Shown here piece after piece: positions 15,064 through 29,035 of a stretch of DNA of 64,000 bases. The stretch is taken from NCBI GenBank assembly GCA_964016885.1, contig OZ024745.1, forward strand, positions 108,996,001 through 109,060,000. The letters run 5' to 3'. The notes below the pieces were generated by a model. The model was not told where the DNA came from. It saw only the letters and a list, made by a program, of their open reading frames with translations, and did no database searches. The translations under genes and the position numbers were made by a program. This stretch comes from Eledone cirrhosa. Taxonomy: Eukaryota. The number at the start of each line of letters is the position of its first letter. Position 1 is the first letter of the stretch.

Positions 15064-15675
15064 GCTACTGCTGATGATGATGGTGATTGTAGTGATGATG
15101 ATGATGATGGTGGTGGTAGTGATGATGGTGTTGGTGATGATGGTGGTGGTGATGGTGGTGGTGGTGGTGGTGATGGTGGTGATAGTGGTGATTATGATGA
15201 TGATGGTGGTGCTGCTGCTGCTGCTGCTGATAGGTGGTGGTGGTGATTATGATGATGATGGTGATGGTGGTGGTGGTGATAGTGGTGATTAGGATGATGA
15301 TGGTGATGGTGGTGGTGATGGTGGTGGTGGTGGTGATGGTGGTGGTGCTGCTACTGCTGATAGTGGTGGTGGTGGTGATAGTGGTGATTATGATGATGAT
15401 GGTGGTGGTGGTGGTGGTGGTGGTGGTGGTGGTGATAGTGATGGTGGTGATAGTGGTGATAGTGGTGATTATGATGATGATGGTGATAGTGGTGGTGGTG
15501 CTGATAGCGGTGGTGGTGATGATGGTGCTGATAGTGGTGATTATGATGATGATGGTGATGGCGGTGGTGATGGTGGTGGTGGTGGTGGTGCTGCTGCTGA
15601 TGGTGTTGCTGCTGCTGATAGTGGTGGTGGCGGTGGCGGTGGTGGTGGTGGTGGTGGTGGTGATGATGGTGGTGA
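14880..15675. repeat. Compound GAT/CCT/CTA/GGT trinucleotide array
   Basis: Direct reading. Confidence 0.9.
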
Positions 15676-16405
15676 CAGTTGTACCACTCAAATTGAGATG
15701 TCTGTGACCAATAAAGAACACTCAGTGATTAGTCACATGGTTGGCATGCCATGTTCTGTCGATGTTATACTTCAAGTCATTAATAACCAAAAATGACAAC
15801 CATGTTATTGTATCTCATTATAACTAACCGGGAACTAATCAACAACAACCACAACAGCATCATCGGTAGAAACTAGATTATAATTTCTAAGATATAATGA
15901 TTGTAAGAAACTATACATAATTCAGGGATATCATTTGTGAAGAAATGACCAAGTGTCTTGATACACACGAATCCTTTGATTACAAACGCTTATGGTAACG
16001 AAAATGATGTTATACATGCGTTTCCATTAATTTGGTAACGAATGAAACCACGTGAATGAACGAATTCCATACAAAAATAACGAATTAAAAACTAGGTTAC
16101 GAAAGATGGCTTAGCCTCGGTCACGCAAATTGTTTTATATTCAATTGGCTTCACTTGTCGTGTGGTATTTGTCCTGCAAGCATTTATTTCTTTTCTCGCG
16201 AGACTCTGGTGACTGCGTTAATGACATGTAAGATAAATGATATAAATAAAACGATAAAACGAAGAAGTTTTTTATTTCTGTTTATTCATTCTTGTATTTA
16301 TTGTACAAGAATTACATTGTTTTTAGGATATGCATTTGTTCTTATTTAAGGATGCTTTGGATGTATACTTTCGGTAGCAATTGAGGTTTTGGAACAAAGG
16401 ATATA

Positions 16406-16578
16406 CAGGTAAAATTCCGTTATAACAAATACCATTATAACGAATTTTTCAGTATAACGACATTTTTTTCAATCACCGACCACACGCTCGATGTGTTAGG
16501 TCGACCTCGTTATAAAGAATTTTTCGTTGCAACAAATTTTTTATACCACGTGAATTTCGTTATAACGGAATTTCACTG
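16406..16578. mobile_element. Tc1/mariner (Tigger/pogo-like) MITE
   Basis: TIRs caggtaaaattccgttataac / gttataacggaatttcactg, TA on both sides, and internal repeats of a ttataacg motif. Confidence 0.85.
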
Positions 16579-17702
16579 TATATTTTAATTGATGTGATAA
16601 CGATTATTGTGGTAACGAATGAGATTCCTGATCAAATGGTCCACTGTATTAATTTAGAAGGCATGGGGTTAAATTATTCCATTAACCTTGTATGTTAATG
16701 TTTCCCGCTTTGCTCCACTATTTTACCTACATTAATTACTTCCCCTACCAGCCAGGCATGCCTCTGTCTGGGTTAAGCCGTATTTGCTCCGGCTCTCTGT
16801 ATCGTTAGTTCAAATTCCTCCAAGATCAACTTTGTTTTTCATTCTTCCGCAATAGATAAAATAAAGTACTACTCCCAAGTGGTGGATTGGTCAAAATGTT
16901 ATAGTGGCGGACAAGAAGCTTTTTTATATATTTTTCCGGTTCTTTATGTTTTGAGTTCAAATTTTGTTTTGGCCAATTTGGAGGATAAACTTAATCTGTC
17001 ACATTGTTTATCCTGACCCTTATACACTTTTAGTGGAGTCCATTCTCTTGCAAGCGTTCGAACTAGGCCTCCTGTTTCAGGACAATTTTCTTTCTAACCA
17101 GTCTTAAAAGCCATGGAAAGAGTAATAAGCAATGAGCTTCCTTTCCTGACTAAACAGTAAAACAAAATCCGCAGAGGTCCAGGCTTTTAATGAAATATCA
17201 ACAGTTGCTCTTACACTGTCTTCTCTTCACATCACCGATGATGTCCAAGGAAAAGGCAAGATCCCATACAACTTGGTCCTAGTGCCCTTCAATGGCAAAA
17301 CGTTCAATGTAGGAACAAATACAGCAAATCATTTTCTATCATACACTTTAACAATCCATTCAGACCATCGTTTTGGACTAGACATTTATTTTATCGACTC
17401 AGAATTATAAAAAGTAAAATTGATCTCTCTGGTACTTGAACTCAGAATATAAAAGGCCGGTATAAATAGCAAGGAATTTTGTTCGACGCACTATCGATAC
17501 AGTCAACCTGCCATGAAATAACGATAAACATTTTTGTTGTTGTTGTTGATATTCTGTTTCTCTGTCTTTTTCTTCTTTTTTTTAATGGCTTGGAGGAAGA
17601 AGATCACCTGTGGTCTTTTTACAGGGCCTCCGAAACTGGTGAGAAGAAATTATTTTGATGCAGCAGACGTGGACGAAATTGCATGAGATGAAGCCAAGGA
17701 CA

Positions 17703-17888
17703 ATATAATTGTTTCTACGTTAGGCACAAGGCCAGCAATTACCCAGTACATTACTGGTACTTTATTTTATCGACCTCGTAAGGATGAAAGGCAAAGTTAA
17801 CCTTGGCGGGATTTGAACTCAGATCGTAAAGGGACGTAACTATGCTGGAAAGCATGGCGTCCGACTCTCTACCAATTCTGCTAATCCA
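17703..17888 (-). mobile_element. SINE family 1 copy with TSD
   Basis: Near full-length reverse complement; aggacaatataat duplicated on both sides. Confidence 0.9.
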
Positions 17889-19255
17889 GGACAATATAAT
17901 GGACGTTTGCTGTCAATTTACAGTGTCTATTGATAGATAATTAGTATTGCAGAATTCAGGAGTGATTTAGTACATTTAGTACAATGTCTATGTAATCAAT
18001 ATAGTAATTAAAATATAAGCCATGATGGGGGGGGGGGTCTACATGGTCACATATTTTGTTAGAAATAATAGCCAAATCACACTCCCGCTTTAAAAATTGA
18101 TCATCATGACGAAGACAACGGCAACGACGAGGTGGCTGGGTTACATTGCAATATTGGAAGAGAGAAATATCATTATGATGCAGAAGAAAGATCTATAATT
18201 CAATATCTTCCATTCCCATTAAAACAGCCAAACCCTCTTAAACTGTATATCCTAATATTTATTGTTTAAATTAGCATGGTTTATTTTTAATCTTCCCCCC
18301 ACCTCATCACCCATAGCAGGGCCCATTATCCGCTCCTTCGTTATTGTCTTCCTCAACACCATCTCCAACATTACAATCCCTAACATCACCAATATTGCCT
18401 CTAACCGTAAAAACAGACCCATTAATATCGCTGTCACCACCACCACCACAACCACTATCACTATTAACAACTCTACGACATGGAAGTCTCTTAAGTAGTA
18501 GCTCGACTGGCTAGAAATAGCAGCTAAATCTCATTGAAATCACACTGTTGTCTTAGAGAATGTAATCTGAGGTTCCTTGTACGCATAACAAAAGATAGGG
18601 TGACCACAGCTGTAATAGCTATGATCATAGGTCTGCTAAATTAGCATTGACTTGGATGGTGGTGGTGAGGATGGTGGTGGTGGTGGTGGTGTTTGGTGGT
18701 GGTGGTGTTTGGTGGTGGTGACACAGGAGTAATTAACAGCAAACAACTTTATCACCACAACCACCACAGTCACTACAACACGACCATTACTACAATACAA
18801 TGGTCATCATCACTACCACCACCACCACCACAATCACTCCAATACAACTGCCATCATCACAACAAGCAGTAATCATTAACTACACTGCACCTCCAACACA
18901 TAACAATTCTACATGTTTTGTATAATTCCGTGACTATCCCCCACTAATCCTCAACATAGTTCAGTATATTTCAGTACAAGACTACACTTAACCCAGCTTA
19001 CCGATTCATTCAGCCCCTTTATTGTTTTTAAAGTCATTACGGGAGATTCCACCACCCCACTTCCAGCCCTTTATCTGCTAGCACCGCCCCATCACAGCAC
19101 TCATGACAAACCTACTTTAGATACATTCCGGATCCCTAGAGATCATGTGATAAGGCATTTTATTGTATTTAAGGATAGTTAGCCATATTGAATTTGAGGT
19201 GATCAGTAAGTAATTGAATCTGTTTCTACTGTAAGCATGCCTGCCTCCAATTCCA

Positions 19256-19368
<113 letters not shown>

Positions 19369-19899
19369 TGTGTGTGTGCGTGTGCGTGCGTGCTTGTGTG
19401 TGTACGCGTGCGTCTATTTATGTATGCATAAGGTCCTTGTCTACGTTTTCGGACGAATATGAAAAATATCTTCTCCATTGGGTTATGACTTTCTATGTCA
19501 CTCTATAAGGCTACAAACATAAATCAAGTGTGTGTGTGTATGCGTGTGTGAGTATGTGTGCGTGAGTATGTGTGTTTTTGTGTTTACGTTTGTGTGTGTG
19601 TGTGTGTGTGTGTTTATATGTTTATGTTTGTGCGTGTGTTTTTTTGTGTTTGTGTGTGCACGCGCTCGCTCAGTCATTTGATTTCGGATATCTAGCAGCT
19701 TTAGAGAGTTTGTTTTTTGTATGTCTAATATTGTTAAAACACAATGTGCACGTACGATGTTATTTGCAGAGGGTGAGCCCGAAGGAGCAAAATTATGATC
19801 AAAAGCATTCCAGCTATGATCATTCTGTCTCTGGACTACAACATCTAATGCCTCTTCTGTTTTGCTTTTGAGACAATAGGTTGTGAATTGAGGGGAAAT

Positions 19900-20140
19900 T
19901 TAACCATTCATTACCGTATTCTTAATGAAATACTCAGCCTGTGTGTTTCAGTTAATTTTGCAAATAACCTCAGATTTGGAGGAATTTAATAAAAGGTTTT
20001 CATTAGTGATCTGACATTTGGAACATAAACATTTCTAAAATTAAATTATGATGGAAGGTTTTGATATAAGGAAACACATTTAAAAATATGTGGTTTTGTA
20101 TCAAACCGAAGTCGATTTTAAGCAGTTTGATATCGTACGG
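19900..20140. mobile_element. Decayed piggyBac-like non-autonomous element, copy 1
   Basis: Begins ttaacc; aligns along its length to 20832-21092 (ttaatgaaatac...gtttgatatcgta). Confidence 0.5.
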
Positions 20141-20254
20141 CGCGTCTTGAGCATTTAAAAAACAATGGAGCCCATCTTTATCAAGGTCGGAACATATCCG
20201 ATTCATTCCAGAGAGAGAGGGGGAGAGAGAGAGAGAGAGGGAGAGAGAGAGAGG

Positions 20255-20307
<53 letters not shown>

Positions 20308-20835
20308 GAGAGAGAGAGGAGAGAGAGAGAGAGAGAAATACGGGGGGGGGGGGGGGGGGAGAAACAATCCCAGTACTGGACTAGTACGTAATTTAACGAT
20401 CTCAAAAGGATGAAAGGCAAAGTTGACCTCGGCGGAATTTGAGTGCAGAGAGCAGGAACGAATACCGAGACATTTTTTTAATCCGACCCTCTAACAAATC
20501 TGCCAATTTGCTGCCCTTCTTGGATATATTACATGGAGACAAAATTTTCAATGCTGCCTCAATCAGGATTTACCATACTTACAATATATGATTACTCACT
20601 CATTTAGTTTTCCATTCTTAGAACTTAATGCTATCAATTCTTACACCAACTTAACTCTTTGCTCATAATACAGAGAGATGGAGGGGGCGAGAGAGATGGA
20701 GGCGATGGCAGTGGGAATTAGGCTCTTCCATGTTCGGACACATTACACCTGTCATGTGGATCATGTGATATTTTTCTCGAAATTGTAACTTGCTTATCCA
20801 TTATCCATTAGCTTGTCGCCTTGTTCACTGCTTAA

Positions 20836-21089
20836 CCCTTTTATTGTCATATTTTTAATGAAATACACTGTCTATATGTTTCAATTAATTTTGGAAATAA
20901 CCAAAAATGTGGAGCAATTTAAGGAAATAACTGAGTTTTTCGTTAATAAGCTGATATTTTGAACATTACTTTAGAAAAATATCTAACAAAATTTTAATGA
21001 AAGCTTTTAATATAAGTATAAACATTTTAAAATTAGCAGTTTTGTATTATAAATCTAGGGCGGTTTCGGGCGGTTTGATATCGTAAGGG
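20836..21089. mobile_element. piggyBac-like non-autonomous element, copy 2
   Basis: TTAA-CCC...GGG-TTAT termini with degenerate TIRs (cccttttattgtca versus cccttacgatatca). Confidence 0.55.
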
Positions 21090-21819
21090 TTATGCGTATC
21101 ACTTAACCTTGAATTACTATCACATTTCTTCAATGATTTCACTATACAGTTTATTTTCTTGTCTCACCAAGATTGTTATTTAGTGCCAAATTAGCCATGG
21201 CAGAACAAACATAACCAAATGTTTGTCTATTTAATTCAGACATAGTGCATCGAGGACCACATTATCCAAAGTATTGTTCCCCCCCTTTTTTAAATGATTG
21301 GGGTAGAACGTAAGGAGGATTTTGGTTGCTATATCGAAGAAAGCGAATGACTGAACAGAGACAGAGAACCCCACGAAAGCTTGTCTCCGAAACAGTTAAT
21401 TCTAATTATAACTCTGCCTAGTTCACTTCATTTATAACATTTTTGTCATTCAATCTTTTATTTTATTGCTTGGAGGGAAAAACATACGTGAAAAACTGAA
21501 ATCTTTCAAATCTTTGCTTAGTAAGTTATTTATTTTAAACATTACTACCGTCATCGTTACCTATCACATCTATAACATCTGTTCCTTGATGTTGGCAAGA
21601 GATAAACCAGTTTGCTTTGCAATATCAGCTCATACTAGCCGACGTTAAGTCACATACTTGAGAAGACTGTAACGCATTCTGGACAGTTTTTCTCTAAATA
21701 TTGCGTAACCCACTTTTGTTCTGAACACCGTGTTAAAAGTTCTTTGATGTTGCTGTAGCTTCCTTTTCTTTGTTGTTGTTTTAAGCTACAGCCACAGTTA
21801 AGATAAGTAAAATCAAATA

Positions 21820-21921
21820 TAATTGTTTCTATTTTTAGGCACAAGGCCAGCAAATACTCAGTACATTACTGGTAGTTTATTTTATCGACCCCGTAAGGAT
21901 GAAAGGCAAAGTTAACCTCGG
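21820..21921 (-). mobile_element. 5'-truncated SINE family 1 copy with TSD
   Basis: 3' half only; aaaatcaaatataat on both sides. Confidence 0.9.
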
Positions 21922-22103
21922 AAAATCAAATATAATGACAGGCATAGTTGAGAAGTTCCATGTACAGCCAAGTGGTAGCGGGTTCGATTCCACTTCTTAA
22001 CAAATTAAGCTCATGTCCTCTATTATGGCTTCATGTACCATTAGAATTAAGTAAACAGAAATTGTTTAGAAACATAACGTATATATGTATGTAATATATA
22101 TAT

Positions 22104-22205
<102 letters not shown>

Positions 22206-22222
22206 ATATATATATATATATA

Positions 22223-22550
22223 TAAATTAATAAAATAATGAATAAACAAAGAAACAGTTCCTTATATTAAAAAAATTCATCATTTAAATGATGCATTTTT
22301 TTAATATAAGGAACTGTTTCTTTGTTTATTCATTATTTTATTAATTTATTAAAGTACCAGTAATGCACTGGGTAATTGCTGGCCTTGTGCCTAAAGTAGA
22401 AACAATTATTTTATTAATTTATCTTGACTCTGTTTTCCGTTTATTTTTCACCGAAAGTAGTTTTTGAATGCATCTTCTCTTTTCATATCCGGATTACATT
22501 GAATTCTTCATACGGATTGGACACTACCGTAAACTTTTGGTAGATTTATC

Positions 22551-22553
<3 letters not shown>
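22223..22553 (+). mobile_element. TA-embedded fold-back element family A, copy 1, with a SINE 3' fragment inserted at about 22351-22410
   Basis: Near-perfect palindrome at 22223-22350, then a unique tail ending ggtagatttatctac. Homologous to 43280-43585 and 51611-51855. (TA)n on both sides. Confidence 0.75.
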
Positions 22554-22639
<86 letters not shown>

Positions 22640-22641
<2 letters not shown>

Positions 22642-22807
22642 GTGGGAGCCCCTACATGGACACACTAGAAGAGGAAGACCAAGGTTAACGTATGTTGATG
22701 CCCTAAGGACAGACACTGGTCTGTTGGAGACGCAAGACATGGCTGCGATAATGAGGGACAGAGACCGCTGGAGAGAACTCGTCCATGGATGTCGGGAATT
22801 TTACCCG

Positions 22808-22809
<2 letters not shown>
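22640..22809 (+). mobile_element. RTE-clade LINE 3' end inserted in (TA)n
   Basis: Open frame LWEPLHGHTRRGRPRLTYVDALRTDTGLLETQDMAAIMRDRDRWRELV, a typical RTE C-terminus. Confidence 0.85.
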
Positions 22810-22843
<34 letters not shown>

Positions 22844-23368
22844 GGGGGAGGTTCATGTCCGGGACATTTATTCCGGAAATCTGTGCTCCGTGTACAAATC
22901 TCGCCGAGATCATCATTACTTTTCATTCTTTCGAGGTCGATAAACAAAGTACTAGTCCAGTATTGGAGGTCGATTTCTTCCCTATCTCTTTCTTTTCACT
23001 TTCTCATTCTCTCTCTCCCGCTCTTCTATTTTGTTCGGACATGAAAAGGGGGGTTGGCTCCACCCAAGTTTAACTGCCCAAAACATGCTGTGTGTCACGA
23101 TGGTACCCTTAGATGTCCGCCAGGAGTTCAGGGCTTATGGAAGTATGGACAGATAAAGGGAGGAATAGATGCATGTATCAGTAGAAGGAATGGTAATGGG
23201 CTCTCGCGTCGTGTATAAAGAAATGTATCCGGTTTTTCAACAGTTTTAATTTATTGGTAGAACATTCGCTACATCTATGATGGATGGACGGCGCACTTGG
23301 TACTTATTCTTAACTACTTACCCTCTGTAAACAGTTTTTGCTACAAAAATGTATTGATATCATTTCCA

Positions 23369-23557
23369 GTGGATTGGCAGTATAGGTAGAGGGTTGGACG
23401 CCATTCTTTGCAGCATAGAGTTACGGTCCTTTACTGTCTGAGTTCAAATCCCGCCGAGGTTAAATTTGCCTTTCATCCTTACGGCGGTCGATAAAATAAG
23501 GCACCAGTAATACACTGGGTTAATTGCTGGCCTTGTGCCAAAAGTAGAAACAATCAT
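23369..23557 (+). mobile_element. SINE family 1 copy
   Basis: Full consensus match. Confidence 0.9.
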
Positions 23558-23641
23558 TCCCAGTAATGTAGATATTGCTTCTCTCACAGTCTCGTTCTCT
23601 ATACTACACACACACACTCTCTCTCTCTCTCTTTCATTATC

Positions 23642-23690
<49 letters not shown>

Positions 23691-24009
23691 GCAGCAGCAT
23701 CAGTATTGACAATAAAAGCAATATCAAATATCAACAAGATTATCATTAAAAACAACAGCAGCAGTGATATCAACAACAAGGTTATCAGTAACAACAACAA
23801 CAACAACAACAACAGCAATAATGATAATAACAGCAACAACAACAACTACAACAACTACAGCAACAACAACAACAACAACAGCAACAGTAGCATCAGCAGT
23901 AATGATATCACCACCAACAATATCTACATCATCATCATTAACAACAACAACAACAGCACTAACAAGAATAACAACACCAGTCACAACAATACTATTACAA
24001 TTTCTCGTC

Positions 24010-24266
24010 AGACATTTTTCACAGAACAAAAAGAGACAGGGCAAGGGACCCGAGGGTAGACCCCACAAGTAAGATGGTTGAATAACATTCATGAGCTTGG
24101 TGGGTCAGACTTTTAGGGATCTAGCCGGATCAGTTGGAGGCGGTTGCTTCTGACAGGACCCACTGGAGGGAGTGTTTGAGGACTCTGCCACCCATGACCC
24201 TCTCAAGAATAAGTGGGCAAAGAAGAAGAAGAAGAAGAAGAAGAAGAAGAAGAAGAAGAAGAAGAA
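24010..24266 (+). mobile_element. RTE (Expander/Rex3-like) LINE 3' end with (AAG)n tail
   Basis: Frameshifted GRP..RWLNNIHEL...LEAVASDRTHWRECLRTLPP followed directly by (aag)n. Confidence 0.75.
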
Positions 24267-24334
24267 ACAATGATAATAGCGTAATAGAACTATTCTGTTT
24301 GATTCAATTCCATCCCAGTACAAATTCTCCTCAA

Positions 24335-24630
24335 TCTATCTACAAAACCTTTTATATACCTTTACAAACCCCCATTTATCTACAAAACCTTTTATATACC
24401 TTTACAAACCCCTATTTCTCTACAAAACCTTTTATATACCTTTACAAACCCCTATTTATCTACAAAACCTTTTATATACCTTTACAAACACCTATTTATC
24501 TACAAAACCTTTTATATACCTTTACAAACCCCTATTTCTCTACAAAACCTTTTATATACCTTTACAAACCGCTATTTATCTACAAAACCTTTTATATACC
24601 TTTACAAACCCCTATTTCTCTACAAAACCT
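24335..24630. repeat. Minisatellite, 40-bp unit, about 7 copies
   Basis: tttacaaacccctatttMtctacaaaaccttttatatacc repeated. Confidence 0.95.
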
Positions 24631-24679
24631 TTTTCTTGTCCCACTACAAACCCATTCTTTGTGCCTCTGAAACCCTTCC

Positions 24680-25315
24680 CTCTCTATCTCTCTACAAACT
24701 CTCCCATCCCTCCTCACATCCTCTCTATCTCTCTACAAACTCTCCCATCCCTCTCATACCCTCTACAGACCCTCCCCTTCATACCATCTACAGACACTCT
24801 CCTCTCTCACTCTCTACAAACTCTCCCATCCCCCTCACACCCTCCCTCTGTCCCTCTACAGACCCTCTCCTCTCTCACTCTCTACAAACCCTCCCATCCC
24901 CCTCACACCCTCCCTCTGTCCCTCTACAGACCCTCTCCTCTCTCACTCTCTACAAACTCTCCCATCCCCCTCACACCCTCCCTCTGTCCCTCTACAGACC
25001 CTCTCCTCTCTCACTCTCTACAAACTCTCCCATCCCCCTCACACCCTCCCTCTGTCCCTCTACAGACCCTCTCCTCTCTCACTCTCTACAAACTCTCCCA
25101 TCCCCCTCACACCCTCCCTCTGTCCCTCTACAGACACTCTCCTCTCTCACTCTTTATAAACTCTCCCATCCTCCTCACACACTCCCTCTGTCCCTCTACA
25201 GACCCTCTCCTCTCTCTCACTCTCTACAAACTCTCCCATCCCCCTCACACCCTCCCTCTGACCCTCTACAGACCCTCTCCTCTCTCTCACTCTCTACAAA
25301 CTCTCCCATCCCTCT
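24680..25315. repeat. Pyrimidine-rich minisatellite, 68-bp unit, about 7 full copies plus partial ones
   Basis: tctctacaaa recurs at 24811, 24879 and onward. Confidence 0.95.
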
Positions 25316-25540
25316 ACACGCTCTACATTCCGTTACGTATACGTATGTCTATCTTTCTATCTGTCACCATCACTGCTACCACCACTACCACCAGAACCTC
25401 CCACCACCAGAACCGCCGCCATCACCACCATCCCCTTCATCTTCATTCCCCCTATCGTTGCTATCGCCTTTACCCCCACCACCACCATCACCACCACCAC
25501 CACGACCACCACATCATCATCATCATTATTATCACCATAA

Positions 25541-25735
25541 AGGTGGATTGGCAGTATCGGTAGAGGGTCGGACACCATGCTTTGCAGCATAGAGTTGCGG
25601 CCCTTTACAGTCTGAGTTCAAATCCCGCCGAGGTTAACTTTGCCTTTCATCCTTACGGGGTCGATAAAATAAAGTACCAGTAATACACTGGTGTAATTGC
25701 TGGCCTTGTGCCTAAAGTAGAAACAATTATTATTA
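25541..25735 (+). mobile_element. SINE family 1 copy
   Basis: Full consensus match. Confidence 0.9.
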
Positions 25736-26005
25736 CCATAAACCAAATAAGTAGCCTTACGCACGTACACACACACATACAAACACTCATACACACATTC
25801 ACACATTCACACACACACACACTCATACATACACACACACATACATGCACTCATACACAGACATATACAGACACACATTCACACATACACACATACATAC
25901 ATACATACATACACTCATATACAGACATATACAGATGCACATACATACACACACATACATACACAGACATACACACAAACACACACACACACACACACAC
26001 ACAAA

Positions 26006-26251
26006 CATTCCTAATATAAAACAATATAAATGTTAACACTTTTTCACAATACACACACATACACACACACACACATACACACACACATTCCTAATATAAA
26101 ACAATATACATGTTAACACTTTTTCATAATACAGACACATACACACACACACACACATACACACACATACACACACACACACACACACACCCACACACAC
26201 ACACACATTCCTAATATAAAACAATATAAATGTTAACACTTTTTCACAATA
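26006..26251. repeat. Three copies of a 46-bp AT-rich unit separated by variable (CA)n
   Basis: cattcctaatataaaacaatataaatgttaacactttttcacaata at about 26006, 26086 and 26206. Confidence 0.9.
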
Positions 26252-26367
26252 ATTTCCTCAGTCTTCTCTATTTCTTCATTAATTTATCCAATAATTAATT
26301 TATCTATTTATCCGTTTATGTTACATTTCTTTCTAATTTTGGTGACCAATTTCTTTCTCTTTTTTTC

Positions 26368-26434
<67 letters not shown>

Positions 26435-27277
26435 GGTAGTGGTGGTGGTGGTGGTGGTGTTGTTGTTGGTGGTGGTAGTGGTGTTAGTGGTGGTGGTGGT
26501 GGTAGTAGTGGTGTTGTTAGTGGTGTTGGTGTTGGTGGTGGTGGTGCTGGTGGTGGTGGTGTTGTTGTTGGTTGTGGTAGTGGTGGTAGTGGTGGTGGTA
26601 GTGGTGGTAGTAGTGGTGGTAGTAGTGGTGTTGTTAGTGCTGTTGGTGTTGGTGTTGGTGGTGGTGGTGGTGTTGGTAATGGTGATAGTGTTGGTGCTGT
26701 TGGTGGTGGTGGTAGTGGTAGTGGTGGTGTTGGTAGTGGTGGTGGTGGTGGTGATGATGGTGGTAGTGGTGGTGGTGGTGGTGGTGGTGGTAGTGGTGGC
26801 AGTGGCAGTGGCTTTATTGGTGGCGGTGGTGGTATTTTGTTCTTTGTAGACTCGGTTCGACTCATTGTTTGATTTAGCTTACCTGTGTGTTCACGATGTA
26901 AATTTATTCAGCCGTGTTAATTGCCATACAAGTGTTAAGATAGAGTGTGTGTTTGTGTGTATGTGTAGATATATGTGTATGTGTGTGTTTTGTTTTTGTT
27001 TTTCTGCTGTTTTGTTTGTTTTTATTATTAGCTCGCTCTTATAAGAGATTGATGTTATCTTGGAGAATATTGCCAATCTGCCTCTGAGTTCCCAGCAACT
27101 GGCAAAGAAGACATTAACACCTTTCTTGACACACTTTCTTTCTGACACCAAATCACCTTGGTAATATGCCAGCTGAGAGTGAGGTTTTGGCTGAGGCTGG
27201 GTCGAGCTGAGCTGACCGAACAAGCAATCTTGTTAAAAAAAACAAAACAACAACCATTAAGTAAGTCACGAAGCTAT

Positions 27278-27328
<51 letters not shown>

Positions 27329-27351
27329 GTTATCATCATTATCATCATTAA

Positions 27352-28093
27352 AGGGTGGTGGATTGGCAGTATCGGTAGAGGGTAGGACACTATGCTTTGC
27401 AGCATAGAGTAATGGCCCTTTACGTTCTAAATTCAAATCCCGCCGAGGTTAACTTTACCTTTCATCCTTACGAGGTCGATCAAATAAAGCACCAGTAATG
27501 TACTGGGGTCGATTACATCGACTTTTCCCTCCCCCCCCCCACAAATTACTGGTCTTGTGCCTATACTAGAAATCATTAAAGGGGATTGGTGGATTGGCAG
27601 TATCGGTAGAGGGTCCGACGCCATGCTTTGCAATATAGAGTTATGGCCCTTTACGTTCTGAGTTCAAATCCCGCCCTTTACGTTCTGAGTTCAAATCCAT
27701 CCTTACGGGTGGATCAAATAAAGCACCAGTAATGTACTGGGGAAATTGCTGGCCTTGTGCCAGAAGTAGAAACAATTAATATCGGCAGAAATGTTCGAGC
27801 GTTAGTCAAATGTGTTGCAGTAGTTTTCCCGGCTTTTTACGATCTAACTTCAAATTCCGCGGAGGTCAACTTTGCCTTTCATCATTCTGTGAATTGATAC
27901 AAAAAAAAATAATAATAATTGTTTCTACTTTAGGCACAAGACCAGCAATTTGAAGGGAGGGTGGGGGGGGGGGGGAAGTCGAGTGAATCGAACCCAGTAC
28001 ATTACTGGTACTTTATTTTATCGACCCCCGTAAGGATGAAAGGCAAAGTTAACCTCGGCGGGATTTGAACTCAGACCGATACTGCCAATCCAC
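27352..28093. mobile_element. Cluster of four SINE family 1 copies (three +, one -)
   Basis: Consensus matches; one has an internal duplication and one an internal deletion. Confidence 0.85.
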
Positions 28094-28423
28094 AGCAATG
28101 TGCCAGTCAGTCGTTTTCGGAGGTCGTCATATTTGACTTTTCCTTTCCTCCTGATAAACTGATCGCTTTGCTCTTAACAATTAAAACATCAGAAAAATGC
28201 TTTGTTTGCTGCATTTTTTCGGCTCTTTAGGTTCGGGGCCTAACTCCTATCGCGGATAACTTACGGGGGTCAATAAAATAAAATACCAGTGAAGTACTGG
28301 GCCTAAAGAATTGTTAGCCTTGTACTTAAATTAGAAACCATGATTATACAATCTCCTATATTATTTCTTTTCTTTCCCTTTTATTTTTAGAAATATTTAT
28401 TAGTAGCAAGCGGTGGGAGGGAG

Positions 28424-28463
28424 CGTCCTGACGAAGGCCAGTCAAGCCTGAAATGCATAGACG
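28424..28463 (+). ncRNA. Minimal type I hammerhead ribozyme motif
   Basis: cgtc-CTGACGA-aggc-cagtcaa-gcct-GAAA-tgca-TA-gacg: stem I cgtc/gacg, stem II aggc/gcct, palindromic stem III. Confidence 0.75.
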
Positions 28464-28966
28464 GTTGTCTCCCTTGGTTCTGCTGAACACCACCAGAGGG
28501 CGTTAGCCCCGGTGTTTGCATAGCTACTGCTTCCTGAAACCGTATTTCTTTAGAAATACGAAATTTCTATACATATTTATTTATAATTTGCATGTTTTTT
28601 GCTCATTTTAACTTAAGTAATTTTATAAGCTTTTTTATCAAGAAAGGAGAAAAGAGACATGATTGTCTGGAGACATTTTTGTTATGTTTCAATTTCATTA
28701 TTTTAATGTCCGAATATCTTATGTAAAAAAAAAAAACATTAATAAAATAACGAGTTGTCTTTTTAAATGTTATTATTTTTGTCCGTTTTATTTTGATAAT
28801 CATATTTTAATTTTTTTTATTTATTTTTGTCAGAGACAAAGAAAAAATGTATTTTAAATAGAAAACAAAATTTGTCGGCATAAAAACAAAGAAAGCAAAA
28901 CTAAAATTATGGGAAGAGAATTGACACGTGAATGTAATAGGAAATTACAAAAGGACAGAAATTTAC

Positions 28967-29035
28967 CAGATTTAGAAAATTCTAACAAGTTTTCATTGCA
29001 ATTGACACCAACACCCAACACGCTTTCCCTTTTGT
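28967..29035 (-). CDS. Candidate 69-nt phase 1-1 exon (xKRESVLGVGVNCNENLLEFSKS)
   Basis: Acceptor tttctattcag| and donor G|GTAAAT; only one open frame; length divisible by 3. Confidence 0.3.

Noticed and set aside
26006-26251. CRISPR-like repeat-spacer appearance
   Set aside because: The spacers are just (CA)n of variable length, there are only three units, the context is eukaryotic, and no cas genes are present.
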